Assembly (NCBI GenBank): GCA_963787125.1 | Contig: CAWBBV010000011.1 | Location: forward strand, 128,001 to 192,000 | Length of the DNA: 64,000 nucleotides | Direction: 5' to 3' | From: an uncultured delta proteobacterium | GTDB taxonomy: Bacteria > Desulfobacterota > Desulfuromonadia > Geobacterales > DSM-12255 | Shown: piece by piece, positions 1 through 10,011 of the stretch | Position numbering within the stretch: the stretch's first letter is position 1 | How the letters are laid out: each line of letters starts with the position of its first letter | The notes under the pieces: model-generated | Seen by the model: only the letters and a program-made list of their open reading frames with translations | What the model was told of the DNA's origin: nothing | The model's database searches: none | Program-made: the position numbers and the translations under genes

Positions 1-1
1 C

Positions 2-94
2 AGAATCGTTAAAAATTACGGCGGCAAAATAGAGGTCATTGACAGTAGTAACGCAGGCACCACCTTTCTTGTGCGTCTCCCTGTATCCTTATGA
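2..94 (+). CDS. C-terminal end of a sensor histidine kinase (HATPase_c), partial at window edge
   Basis: Frame 2 reads RIVKNYGGKIEVIDSSNAGTTFLVRLPVSL*, the typical kinase C-terminus; a response regulator follows. Confidence 0.75.
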   Translation, partial: RIVKNYGGKIEVIDSSNAGTTFLVRLPVSL

Positions 95-122
95 ACCGAC
101 CCTCGCAACAATAAACCCTCCT

Positions 123-204
123 TAGCCCTTATAAACAGGATAAGTGCGTTAACGAAATTATTTTCTGCTGACATGCGCAGAAAATAATTTCTAACTTACT
201 AAAG
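123..204. repeat. Dispersed palindromic intergenic element, copy A
   Basis: Perfect 15-bp inverted repeat 154-168/177-191; 40/46 and 20/23 nt identical to the two flanks of 43265-43347. Confidence 0.8.
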
Positions 205-280
205 ACAACAGCGCTCTTTCAATTTCAATTAAAATTAGATAGTATTACGCTTCATATTTACAGAGCTACATGAGGACTTG

Positions 281-691
281 ATGTTGCAGTCACCCACTAC
301 TATCCTGCTTATTGATGACGACTCTTTCTTCCTGAAAGTCCTTGCAGAAGCGTTCTCCGTTTGCGGTTTCTCGGTATTTACCGCAGCTGACGGCAATGAA
401 GGAGTCAAAGTTTTCATTGAAAAACGGCCGAAAGTTGTCATCTGTGATCTTATCATGCCCGGCATGGGAGGAGTCAGCACCTGCATGAGTATTCGAAAGA
501 TTGCAGAACCAGACAATGAGCCTATCATAGCCCTGCTCACCTCCATGTTCAAAGGTCCACCAAGACTACTCGAGTCGCCTGAAATGGGCGCACGGATCCA
601 TATCCCGAAATCTACTCACCCGCTGAACGTTGTCGTTCTGATCGAACAGCTGCTGCAAAGATTCGGCAAAGGCAACGCAAGTGCCTGCTGA
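281..691 (+). CDS. Single-domain response regulator (REC)
   Basis: ILLIDDD, CDLIMPGMGG phosphoacceptor, conserved Lys in IPKS; GAGG RBS. Confidence 0.85.
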   Translation: MLQSPTTILLIDDDSFFLKVLAEAFSVCGFSVFTAADGNEGVKVFIEKRPKVVICDLIMPGMGGVSTCMSIRKIAEPDNEPIIALLTSMFKGPPRLLESPEMGARIHIPKSTHPLNVVVLIEQLLQRFGKGNASAC

Positions 692-2276
692 TAACCACCA
701 TTTCATCCTTCGGAATATAGCTCTACCTTATGACGAGGATGAAGCTCAGCTTTTGTTCCTGATTGCCGGGCGTTTTTCGCTCGCCAGCGAGCGTATTGCA
801 AACTTCAGGATTTTACGAAAAGGAATCGACGCCCGTAAAAAGCCCCGCATCAAATTCGTCTATTCAGTAGAATTTACGGTCACTGACCCGGAAGGATTCT
901 GGCAACAACACTCGACAGATTCTGACCTTGAAATCGCGGCAAAAAACTGCTCGTCAACGCCAGCCCGAATTGTCAGCCAAAAGAAAGTAGTTATTGTCGG
1001 CAGCGGCCCGGCAGGGCTTTTTGCCGCGCTGAGACTGGCTGAATACGGCATCACGCCACTGCTGCTTGAGCGGGGCAGCGCTGTAGAAGAGCGGGTTCAT
1101 GCCGTCAACAGCTTCTGGAAGAGCGGCCTGCTTGACGAAGAGAGTAACGTGCAGTTTGGCGAAGGCGGCGCCGGCACCTTCTCTGACGGCAAGCTGACAA
1201 CAAGGGTAAGAGATCCGAACTGTGGCTATGTGCTGCAAAGGCTTGTCGAGTTCGGGGCACCTGAAGAGATAACCTGGCAGGCAAAGCCCCATGTCGGCAC
1301 TGACAGACTCAGATCAGTGCTGATAAACATCCGCCGTTTTCTTCTGGAGCGGGATCTTGATATCCGCTTCAAGGCAAAACTGACCGGTATCGACATAACT
1401 GACCGACAGCTGAAATCCATTGTCATCAATGACCGGATTGAAGAGAAATGCGACGCTCTCCTTCTTGCCCCCGGCCATAGCGCCCGGGACACCTACGTCA
1501 TGCTCGACGCTGCCGGTGTTACCATGGAGCAGAAACCTTTTGCCGTGGGCTTCAGGGTAGAACACCCGCAAGAGCTTATCAACATGATTCAGTACGGGAT
1601 GGCAGTCGACCCGCGGCTCCCGGCGGCCGATTACGCCCTTGCCTTCAATGATGACAAAACCGGCCGTTCGGCCTATTCGTTCTGCATGTGCCCGGGTGGA
1701 GTTGTCATCGCCGGCTCTTCAGAAGCTGGCGGTGTGGTGACAAACGGTATGAGCGACCTGCAAAGGGGTAGCGGCCTGGCTAACAGCGCGCTGGTGGCAA
1801 CGGTAAAAACGACTGATTTCAAGAACAGCTCACCACTTGCCGGTATTGATTTTCAGCGGAACCTTGAAAAGCTGGCCTACAAGGCAGGAGGGGGAGACTA
1901 CAAAGCTCCTGCACAGGGGCTTATGGCTTTCTTGAAGCAGCGCGGGACTTCCGGCCTGAAGTCATCATACCTGCCCGGAGTTCGGGAAGCTGACCTGGAA
2001 GCGCTTCTACCCGACTTTATTTCTGCAACCATCAAGGACGGGATCAGAACTTTTGAACGCAAGCTGCGAGGTTTCATAACCTCGGAAGCGACTCTTGTCG
2101 GTGTCGAAAGCCGCACATCTGCCCCTTTGAGGATCTTGCGGGGTGATGATTTTCAATCACCTGCAGCCAAAGGCCTTTTCCCGTGCGGTGAGGGGGCAGG
2201 CTATGCCGGCGGAATAATGAGCGCCGCCCTTGACGGGATCAGAGTGGCAGACGCAATTGCAAAGGGACTTGCCTGA
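681..2276 (+). CDS. FAD/NAD(P)-dependent oxidoreductase (uncharacterised FAD dehydrogenase family)
   Basis: GSGPAG Rossmann motif, FGEGGAGTFSDGKL, FCMCPGG, GEGAGYAGGI. Confidence 0.9.
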   Translation: MPADNHHFILRNIALPYDEDEAQLLFLIAGRFSLASERIANFRILRKGIDARKKPRIKFVYSVEFTVTDPEGFWQQHSTDSDLEIAAKNCSSTPARIVSQKKVVIVGSGPAGLFAALRLAEYGITPLLLERGSAVEERVHAVNSFWKSGLLDEESNVQFGEGGAGTFSDGKLTTRVRDPNCGYVLQRLVEFGAPEEITWQAKPHVGTDRLRSVLINIRRFLLERDLDIRFKAKLTGIDITDRQLKSIVINDRIEEKCDALLLAPGHSARDTYVMLDAAGVTMEQKPFAVGFRVEHPQELINMIQYGMAVDPRLPAADYALAFNDDKTGRSAYSFCMCPGGVVIAGSSEAGGVVTNGMSDLQRGSGLANSALVATVKTTDFKNSSPLAGIDFQRNLEKLAYKAGGGDYKAPAQGLMAFLKQRGTSGLKSSYLPGVREADLEALLPDFISATIKDGIRTFERKLRGFITSEATLVGVESRTSAPLRILRGDDFQSPAAKGLFPCGEGAGYAGGIMSAALDGIRVADAIAKGLA

Positions 2277-2277
2277 C

Positions 2278-2964
2278 ATGAAGATATCCGTTGTAATCCC
2301 TGTGTACAATGAAGCTGCCACCATCGAAGCAATTATCTCTGCGGTAAGGGCTGTTCCCTACGAAAAGGAGATAATCATCGTTGATGATGGCTCTAATGAT
2401 GGAACCCGAGAAATACTGGCAAGCCTCCGCCTGCAGGATTTGAAAGTCATCTATCATGAAAAGAATCAGGGGAAAGGGGCGGCCCTGCGGACAGGATTCA
2501 AAGCGATTACCGGGGACTTTGTCATTATTCAGGATGCAGATCTTGAATATAATCCGGCAGAGTATCCAAAACTTCTGAAACCACTTATGGAAGGCAGGGC
2601 TGACGTTGTCTACGGCTCACGCTTTGTTGGCGGAGAAGAACACCGGGCAATATTCTTCTGGCATATGATAGGCAACAGATTTCTCACCCTCTTCTCAAAC
2701 ATGTTATCCAATCTGAACCTTACCGACATGGAAACATGCTACAAAGCTTTCAGAAAAGAGATCCTGGATAATGTCACTATTGAAGAGAACCGCTTCGGCT
2801 TCGAGCCGGAGATAACTGCCAAGATGGCTAAACTTGGTGCAAGAATTTACGAAGTTGGGGTATCCTACTCGGGACGAATGTACAGCGAAGGGAAGAAGAT
2901 CGGTTGGCAAGACGGCATTTCGGCTTTAAGATGCATCATCAAATACAATCTGTTCAAGGGATAA
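2278..2964 (+). CDS. Glycosyltransferase family 2 (polyprenol-phosphate sugar synthase-like)
   Basis: VVIPVYNE, VDDGS, NQGKG, QDADLEY. Confidence 0.9.
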   Translation: MKISVVIPVYNEAATIEAIISAVRAVPYEKEIIIVDDGSNDGTREILASLRLQDLKVIYHEKNQGKGAALRTGFKAITGDFVIIQDADLEYNPAEYPKLLKPLMEGRADVVYGSRFVGGEEHRAIFFWHMIGNRFLTLFSNMLSNLNLTDMETCYKAFRKEILDNVTIEENRFGFEPEITAKMAKLGARIYEVGVSYSGRMYSEGKKIGWQDGISALRCIIKYNLFKG

Positions 2965-2970
2965 TCACCA

Positions 2971-4068
2971 GTGAGAAAAATTTTCGTAAAAGAGCTGAAA
3001 GACAGGGATCAACTCAAAGCGGTCTTTCTTGTCAAAGAAAAAATCACTGCCATGGCAAAAAACGGCAAGCCTTATCTCACCATCCGCTTGATGGACAAGA
3101 GCGGCGATGTGGATGCCAAAGTCTGGGACAATGTTGATGAAGTGGCCGGCAGATTCGATAAGGATGATTTTCTTGAGGTTTCGGCAAAAGCTTCCGTTTA
3201 TCTGGGGAAGATGCAACTGGTCATTTCGGATCTGCGCAAAATGCCGGAAGAAGATGTCAACCTTGCCGACTTCCTCCCTGAAACCGAAAGGGATATCAAG
3301 GAGATGGAGAGCGAACTTGCCGCCCTTCTCACCACACTCTCAAACAGCTGGCTAAAGACCCTGCTGGACGACTTTTTTAAAGACCCGGAGGTAATGGCTC
3401 TTTACAGGGTTGCTCCGGCAGCCAAAGGGATGCACCATGTCTACCTCGGCGGACTCCTGGAACACTCCCTGGCAGTCGCTTCGCTGGTGGATGCTGTCGT
3501 GCCGCTCTACAAAGGCTTTAACAGAGACTTGCTGATTGCCGGGGCTCTCCTGCATGATGTCGGCAAAGTCCGCGAGATGAAGTTCTTCAGATCGTTTGAC
3601 TACAGTGACGAAGGCAAATTGATCGGCCACATAACCATCGGTGTTGAGATGATTCATGAAAGGGTCTGTCAGATTCCCGGCTTTCCGCCGGGACTTGCCA
3701 TGCAGCTGAAGCATCTTATTCTCTCCCACCATGGCCAGTATGAATACGGCTCTCCCAAGCGGCCTAAAACTATAGAGGCAACTGTGCTGAACTATCTCGA
3801 CGATCTTGATTCGAAGATAAACGGCATAAAAACACATATCAAAAAAGAAGGGGAGATGCAGGGGAATTGGACAAACTATCATCGCCTCTATGACCGCTAT
3901 TTCTACGTTGACCGGACTGAAGAGGTTCTTGCTGACGAGCCGCCACAACCGGTGATAGCACCACCACGTGAAAGGGTCCGCGAAAAACAGGGGTTTGGCA
4001 ACAACCCTTTCGAAAAGCTGAAAACTGAGCCCGCCAGAGCCGAGAACCTGGATCTTTTCTCAAGATGA
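2971..4068 (+). CDS. YhaM-family 3'-5' exoribonuclease (OB fold + HD domain)
   Basis: N-terminal OB fold; MHH..GGLLEHS, LLHDVGK, SHHG, DDLD. Confidence 0.9.
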   Translation: MRKIFVKELKDRDQLKAVFLVKEKITAMAKNGKPYLTIRLMDKSGDVDAKVWDNVDEVAGRFDKDDFLEVSAKASVYLGKMQLVISDLRKMPEEDVNLADFLPETERDIKEMESELAALLTTLSNSWLKTLLDDFFKDPEVMALYRVAPAAKGMHHVYLGGLLEHSLAVASLVDAVVPLYKGFNRDLLIAGALLHDVGKVREMKFFRSFDYSDEGKLIGHITIGVEMIHERVCQIPGFPPGLAMQLKHLILSHHGQYEYGSPKRPKTIEATVLNYLDDLDSKINGIKTHIKKEGEMQGNWTNYHRLYDRYFYVDRTEEVLADEPPQPVIAPPRERVREKQGFGNNPFEKLKTEPARAENLDLFSR

Positions 4069-4781
4069 AAATAACGTACCTTGCCGTGCTGCTGATATTT
4101 CTCTTCACAGCCCTGGTCGGTTGCCGGAAAACAAATTTAAAGCGAGGCGATATGATTTTTGAGACAATAGTGGTCGGGGATTTGGGGGTCAATTGCTACC
4201 TGCTGGCTGACAGCCAGACAAAAGAGGGTATCGTTATAGATCCAGGTGCAGAGCCGGAACGGGTTCTCGCTGCAATTAAAACCAATGGTGTAAAAGTGGT
4301 TGCAGTCCTCAACACCCATGGCCATTTTGACCATATCGGCGGTAACCGCAAGGTTACCGAGACAACCGGCGCCAAACTGCTGATCAACAAAGAGGATGAA
4401 CCTTTCCTTTCGAAAGCGGCACGTTCGGCATCAATGTACGGCCTTAAAGCTGAAGATTCGCCGCGCCCTTCAGCATACCTTGCCGAAGGGGATCTTATCC
4501 GCTTTGGCATTCAAGAAATCAAAGTTATCCATACCCCGGGGCACTCACCAGGAGGCTGCTGTTTCTATCTGGCAAAAGAAGGGATCCTTGTCAGTGGTGA
4601 CTCACTTTTTGCTGAATCCGTTGGCAGAACCGACCTGCCTGGCGGCTCGCAGGCCCAGCTTGTCGGCTCAATCCGCACAAAGCTGCTGGTCTTGCCTGAC
4701 GATACAAAAGTTTATCCTGGACATGGACCGGCAACGACAATCGGTCACGAGAAAAAGCATAATCCGTACCTTGGAGGCTAA
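4065..4781 (+). CDS. MBL-fold metallo-hydrolase (glyoxalase II-like); alternative start at 4152
   Basis: THGHFDH, TPGHSPG, GDSLF, PGHG. Confidence 0.9.
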   Translation: MKITYLAVLLIFLFTALVGCRKTNLKRGDMIFETIVVGDLGVNCYLLADSQTKEGIVIDPGAEPERVLAAIKTNGVKVVAVLNTHGHFDHIGGNRKVTETTGAKLLINKEDEPFLSKAARSASMYGLKAEDSPRPSAYLAEGDLIRFGIQEIKVIHTPGHSPGGCCFYLAKEGILVSGDSLFAESVGRTDLPGGSQAQLVGSIRTKLLVLPDDTKVYPGHGPATTIGHEKKHNPYLGG

Positions 4782-4783
4782 AA

Positions 4784-5986
4784 ATGCTTGCAGGAAAAAC
4801 CATAATTCTCGGCGTCACCGGCGGCATAGCTGTCTATAAGGCGGTGGAACTGCTCCGCCTGTTAACCAAAGCCGGAGCATTAGTCCATGTCATCATGACA
4901 AAGGCCGCTACGGAATTTGTCACCCCTTTGACGTTTCAGACTCTCTCCGGAAACCCGGTGCACACCGAACTCTTCAATCTGATTACCGAGCAGGAAATCG
5001 GCCATATCTCTCTGGCTGACCGGGCAGACCTTTTTATCATAGCACCGGCAACAGCCAACTTTGTCGGCAAACTGGCAAACGGCATGGCTGACGACCTCCT
5101 GTCAACTACCGTCATGGCGACAAAAGCACCTCTGCTTATCGTCCCGGCAATGAACGTGAACATGTATGAGAACCCGCTCTATCAAGATAACGAAGCAAAA
5201 CTCAAGCGTCACGGTTACCATTTCGCAGCGCCTGTAACCGGCTGGCTGGCCTGCGGCTGGGAAGGGAACGGCAAGATGCAGGAGCCAGCTGTTATTGTCG
5301 AAGCGGCGTTGAATCTCCTTACAGCCAAAGATCTGGACGGCATAAAAATCCTGGTTACAGCCGGACCGACACGGGAAGAGATCGACCCGGTCAGATACAT
5401 AACCAATCACTCCTCCGGGAAGATGGGGTTCGCCATCGCCCGGGCAGCAAGACTTCGCGGCGCCAGCGTCACCCTGGTGAGCGGGCCGGTGGCTATTGCC
5501 CCCCCCTTTGGAGTTGAGCTGATAAAAACAGAAAGTGCCGCAGAAATGCAGAGTGCCGTTATCGCTTGCGCCCCTGACTGTGACGTCATCATCAAGGCAG
5601 CGGCAGTGGCAGACTACAGACCGATTGAGCGCGCAGGACAGAAGATAAAGAAGCAGACCGGCGAAGTCGGAATTTACCTGGTGAAAACAGCGGATATCCT
5701 AGCTGAGCTGGGGATGATGAAAAGGGGGGGGCAGATTCTTGTCGGCTTTGCCGCTGAAACTGAGAACCTGGCCGATAATGCGGCGGCAAAACTGCAGGCC
5801 AAGAATCTGGACATGATTGTGGCCAATGATGTCTCTGCCGCTGGCGCGGGCTTTAACGGGGATACCAATATCGTCAGGTTTTTCTGGCGGAGCGGCAAAA
5901 GTGAAGAGTTGCCACTTATGGCAAAGGAAAAGGTTGCTGGCGAGATTCTTGACCGAATAATTCTATTAAGGCAATCAGCCGTTTGA
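4784..5986 (+). CDS. coaBC: Phosphopantothenoylcysteine decarboxylase/ligase
   Basis: GGIAVYK, PAMNVNMY, LACG, TAGPTRE.IDPVRYITNHSSGKMG, VGFAAET. Confidence 0.97.
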   Translation: MLAGKTIILGVTGGIAVYKAVELLRLLTKAGALVHVIMTKAATEFVTPLTFQTLSGNPVHTELFNLITEQEIGHISLADRADLFIIAPATANFVGKLANGMADDLLSTTVMATKAPLLIVPAMNVNMYENPLYQDNEAKLKRHGYHFAAPVTGWLACGWEGNGKMQEPAVIVEAALNLLTAKDLDGIKILVTAGPTREEIDPVRYITNHSSGKMGFAIARAARLRGASVTLVSGPVAIAPPFGVELIKTESAAEMQSAVIACAPDCDVIIKAAAVADYRPIERAGQKIKKQTGEVGIYLVKTADILAELGMMKRGGQILVGFAAETENLADNAAAKLQAKNLDMIVANDVSAAGAGFNGDTNIVRFFWRSGKSEELPLMAKEKVAGEILDRIILLRQSAV

Positions 5987-6883
5987 GAGTATCCTGATCA
6001 GCTCTTCCGGTTTCCGGATGGCACTCTCAAGCCGTTTTTTCATCTCATCAAGCTCTTTTCCCGCCACTTCTTTGGTGATTTTACCGCTTTTGTAAAGAAG
6101 CCGCAGATTTCTCCGGACAGTTTCAGCAGCTTTCAGCGCCTGCTCTCCGGTCGGGTCAGCTGCCAACCAGGATGATGAATCAACATCGGCAAGGGTTTCA
6201 AGCACAGCCTGTCTGGAGAGACCGGCAAATTCCGCGACCTCTTCTTCATCAAGCTGGAATCTTGAGACATCATGCATGGCTGTGATCAGCTGCTGCCACT
6301 TTTCCAGACGGCTGACAAGCAGAATAGAGTTAAAGATCTTCTTGTTTGTCCCAAAAGAGAAAAGAGTATTTGAAATCTCCCGGCGCAGCAAGGCATCGTT
6401 TTCCTGATAATGTTCCAGTGCGACTCTTCGCCCCCGTTCCCAGATCTCCGGCGGGGTGAAACTGTCAAACCGTACCTCCCAGTAGGCATGCTTCATAACT
6501 ATACTCTGGTAACTCCGCATGATGCTTAGCGGCACGTAATAGCAGTGGGCAACGGTATCAGCAGCAAGGTGGGAAATGTAGCCGTATGCACAGGACCTTT
6601 GGGCGTCAGTCTCCCCCTTTTCGAGGAGGTTTCTGCCGATATGCCAGCGATGACAGTGCAGCAGGTAGCCGGTATATTTCTTGCCCAGAGTGATGTCGGC
6701 CGAGATGCAGCCATAAAGAAAATCATTCGGGAAACTACCGATGAGTGAGGCAACAACTGGTGGCAGTGACTGAAGATTGCCAAGAACTGTCAACCCTAAC
6801 TGCAGGTGGAATCCGGGCCCCCAGGCAAAAGAGCTGTCAGGCAGCAGCAGCAGAGTAATTACGGCAAGAGCGGTCTGGAACAT
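5975..6883 (-). CDS. Zinc-dependent phospholipase C family protein
   Basis: Signal peptide followed by WGxxxH; GYISHLAADTVAH; HAYWE. Confidence 0.8.
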   Translation of the reverse strand: MFQTALAVITLLLLPDSSFAWGPGFHLQLGLTVLGNLQSLPPVVASLIGSFPNDFLYGCISADITLGKKYTGYLLHCHRWHIGRNLLEKGETDAQRSCAYGYISHLAADTVAHCYYVPLSIMRSYQSIVMKHAYWEVRFDSFTPPEIWERGRRVALEHYQENDALLRREISNTLFSFGTNKKIFNSILLVSRLEKWQQLITAMHDVSRFQLDEEEVAEFAGLSRQAVLETLADVDSSSWLAADPTGEQALKAAETVRRNLRLLYKSGKITKEVAGKELDEMKKRLESAIRKPEELIRILSNG

Positions 6884-6929
6884 TTTCTTATCTTAGGGAT
6901 ACAGGCCTCAAAAGTAAAGGGGATTGGGA

Positions 6930-7643
6930 ATGGATGAACCTGATGAAAGAGCCTTACTTGCAGGTGCATTGCGGAGTTACCTGGAAGAGCTGCGGGCCAC
7001 TGGAATTGATGAATTGCCGCTTATGAGAACAGCGCCGGAGATAGTCAAGGCGGCTGGACCAGCTATTGTAAGCAATACGCCGCCGCCAGCCAAGCCGGCT
7101 GAAACTCTTGAAGATATTCGCAAAGACCTTGGAGATTGCCGCAGATGCAGCCTCTGTGAAACCAGAAAGAACATAGTCTTTGGGGTCGGCAGTCACAACT
7201 CCGGACTGCTTTTTGTCGGCGAAGCTCCCGGCCGCGATGAAGATCTTCAGGGAGAGCCTTTCGTCGGTGAAGCCGGCCAATTGCTGACAAACATGATCAA
7301 AGCAATGGGGCACGAACGTCAGGATGTATATATCTGCAATGTTCTCAAATGCCGTCCTCCCGGGAACCGCGACCCTGCCCCTGGCGAAATCGCTCAGTGC
7401 AGCCCTTTTCTCCTGCGCCAGATTCAGGCGATTGCCCCCAGAGCAGTTATTTGCCTCGGCGCCTTTGCCGCCCAGACCCTGCTGCAGAGCAATGAACCTA
7501 TCGGCCGGCTCAGAGGACGCTTTCACGATTATCATGGCATACCGCTCATGCCGACCTTTCACCCCGCCTTTTTGCTCCGCTCTCCGGAAAAAAAACGGGA
7601 CGTATGGGCTGACTTGCAGCAAGTCATGAAACTTCTGGTATAA
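6930..7643 (+). CDS. Uracil-DNA glycosylase family 4
   Basis: [28 protein letters not shown]. Confidence 0.95.
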   Translation: MDEPDERALLAGALRSYLEELRATGIDELPLMRTAPEIVKAAGPAIVSNTPPPAKPAETLEDIRKDLGDCRRCSLCETRKNIVFGVGSHNSGLLFVGEAPGRDEDLQGEPFVGEAGQLLTNMIKAMGHERQDVYICNVLKCRPPGNRDPAPGEIAQCSPFLLRQIQAIAPRAVICLGAFAAQTLLQSNEPIGRLRGRFHDYHGIPLMPTFHPAFLLRSPEKKRDVWADLQQVMKLLV

Positions 7644-7702
7644 TAGATTACTAACATTCAATTGGCCATATATGGAAGATGCCATGACTCAGGAGGAATA
7701 GT

Positions 7703-8950
7703 ATGTACAACATCGGTAGCGCTGAAAGAAATACCGTGGCGATGGTTCTTGCCGGGGGCAAGGGAGAACGACTCAGCCCTTTGACTCTCAACAGGCCCAA
7801 GCCTGGCGTCCCCTTCGGAGGGAAGTACAAGATCATAGACTTTGTCCTCAGCAATCTTTTTAACTCGGGCATCAAGCAGGTCTACATCCTCACCCAGTAC
7901 CGGGCCTATTCCCTGATGAAGCATATTCGCGAATCATGGGCCAAATGGACCGGCCTGGGCGAATTCTTCGTTGCCATCTCCCCGGAAACACGCAGTGAAT
8001 CCGAAGAGTGGTTCAAAGGTACTGCTGACGCCATCTACCAGTACATCCGCTTCATAGAATCTTCTGACGCGGAATATGTGGCAATCTTCGGCGGGGATCA
8101 TATCTACAAGATGGATATCAGCCAGATGATTAACTTTCATCGCATGAACAGATCTGACATAACAGTGTCATCCATTGAAGTCCCCATGGATGAAGCGTCA
8201 CGGTTCGGGGTTGTTGTTGTGGACGATGACAACCGCGTTATCGGTTTTGAGGAGAAACCCGACAAACCGACACCGGTTCCGGGCAAAAACGTCTGTTTTG
8301 CCTCAATGGGAAATTATATTTTTTCCATCAGGAAACTGATCGAGGTGCTGCAGGAAGGGAAAAAACTTCATGAGGATCTGGACTTCGGCAAACATGTCAT
8401 CCCGATGATGCTGGAAAGCGGCGATAGAGTCTTTGCCTACAACTTCAACGACAACCTCATCCCCGGGATGAAATCGGAAGAGCGCGGCTACTGGAAAGAT
8501 GTCGGCACCATCGAATCATACTACGAAGCCAACATGGACCTGATTCACGTTTCACCCCAGCTGAATCTCTACAACTACAAATGGCCGGTGCTGACCAATC
8601 AGGGGAATCTCCCGCCGGCAAAGACAATCTTTGATGATGAAGAGCGCCGCGGCTTGAATATCGACTCATACGTTTGTGCCGGCTGCATAACCAGTGGCGG
8701 GATTGTCAGGCGTTCCATAATCGGCCCGAAAACAAGAATTAACAGCTACAGCCTGGTAGAGGATTCTATTGTCTTTGAAAACGTCACCATCGGCAGACAT
8801 ACAAAGATAAAGAAGGCCATAATTGACAAGAATCTTGTCATTCCTGACAACACTGTCATCGGTTACGATCATGTAGCCGACGCTGCCAGAGGATTTACTG
8901 TCACAGAATCAGGGATTGTTGTTGTTTCAACACAGGAGAGCCTGAAATAA
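7703..8950 (+). CDS. glgC: Glucose-1-phosphate adenylyltransferase
   Basis: LAGGKGERL, KPGVPFGG, GTADA, GDHIYKMD, DFGKHVIP, YWKDVGT. Confidence 0.95.
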   Translation: MYNIGSAERNTVAMVLAGGKGERLSPLTLNRPKPGVPFGGKYKIIDFVLSNLFNSGIKQVYILTQYRAYSLMKHIRESWAKWTGLGEFFVAISPETRSESEEWFKGTADAIYQYIRFIESSDAEYVAIFGGDHIYKMDISQMINFHRMNRSDITVSSIEVPMDEASRFGVVVVDDDNRVIGFEEKPDKPTPVPGKNVCFASMGNYIFSIRKLIEVLQEGKKLHEDLDFGKHVIPMMLESGDRVFAYNFNDNLIPGMKSEERGYWKDVGTIESYYEANMDLIHVSPQLNLYNYKWPVLTNQGNLPPAKTIFDDEERRGLNIDSYVCAGCITSGGIVRRSIIGPKTRINSYSLVEDSIVFENVTIGRHTKIKKAIIDKNLVIPDNTVIGYDHVADAARGFTVTESGIVVVSTQESLK

Positions 8951-9775
8951 TTAAAAGTGCGAGTCAATCCCTTTAAGCCCCTCCACCGCCCGGGCAGAGA
9001 TAGAAATCTGCCCGGGCGGTGCTTGAGCTTCCCGGGGATTAATCCGGATCAGAACGGCACTCCTCCGTTCAGCCAGACTCTCTCCCAGATAACGGATCGT
9101 CGGGATTGACGTTCCTGCCCCCATCTCCAGCACAACAGTCCGCCCCCCGCCATGATCAGTGAGAAATTCATCAAACGCTCTACCCTGCCGCCGCGTCCGG
9201 TCTGATAGCCAGGAGCAGTCGCCGAACATCAGGATATTCGGCCGGGCAACGCCACCGCAGCGGCTACATTTCGGAATGGTCTGCGCTCTCATGGTGCCTG
9301 AATCTACCGGGATCTCCTCACAGTTGGCCCAGATCTCATTCGAGCAGGGAGAAAGGCACTGCAGATGGTGAATCGAGCCATGCACTTCCTGAATGGAATC
9401 TTCGGCAAAACCGGCCTTCTGGAATTGACCGTCCACATTTGAAGTCACAACAAAGTGATTGAGCGCAAACAGTGAAATCCATTTCCTGATGATCTGGAAC
9501 CCTGCGTGCGGCACTGTACTTCGATAAAGGTTGGTTCTGTGCCCATAAAATCCCCAGCCAAAGGCTGGGTCACGCTCGAAATGCTCCGGATTGGCTGCCT
9601 GGACAAAACTTAAACCGAGACGGCGATAAAGCGGATAAGCGTTCCAGAAACCGTGATCACCACGAAAATCTGGCAGACCTGAATCGACCCCCATGCCGGC
9701 GCCGGCAGTTACGATAAGGGTTTCTGCACCCCTAATAGCTGCGGCTGCCTTTGCCAGCTGCTGTTCCAGATCCAT
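8951..9775 (-). CDS. Sirtuin (Sir2) NAD-dependent deacylase
   Basis: GAGMGVDSGLPDFRG, TSNVDG, EVHGS, Zn ribbon, RPNILMFG. Confidence 0.92.
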   Translation of the reverse strand: MDLEQQLAKAAAAIRGAETLIVTAGAGMGVDSGLPDFRGDHGFWNAYPLYRRLGLSFVQAANPEHFERDPAFGWGFYGHRTNLYRSTVPHAGFQIIRKWISLFALNHFVVTSNVDGQFQKAGFAEDSIQEVHGSIHHLQCLSPCSNEIWANCEEIPVDSGTMRAQTIPKCSRCGGVARPNILMFGDCSWLSDRTRRQGRAFDEFLTDHGGGRTVVLEMGAGTSIPTIRYLGESLAERRSAVLIRINPREAQAPPGQISISARAVEGLKGIDSHF

Positions 9776-9871
9776 GGCATTCTCCTTTTAAGTCGCCATT
9801 ATTTCAATTTGCAGATTATAACAATGAGGCGGGAATACTGCTTGTAATTTTATAATTTGACGCTCATTTAA

Positions 9872-9997
9872 TTATCGTATATCCGTTTATCTTCTGATGT
9901 GGTTGCATACGTTAAATCAACCGGAGCCGGCTGGCAGTCACGCATTGACTGCGCCCTGCGTGAATGGATGTCCGGGCATCCGCTCAAACGAGTATAG
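9872..9997 (+). pseudogene. 5'-truncated BrnA-type antitoxin remnant
   Basis: Reads IRLSSDVVAYVKSTGAGWQSRIDCALREWM; in-frame stop at 9869, no N-terminus and no toxin gene. Confidence 0.7.
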
Positions 9998-10011
9998 GCG
10001 GAGGATTCTGA

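Noticed and set aside
123..204. attC or dif interpretation of the dispersed element
   Set aside because: No RYYYAAC...GTTRRRY arrangement, no XerD arm, and no integrase nearby
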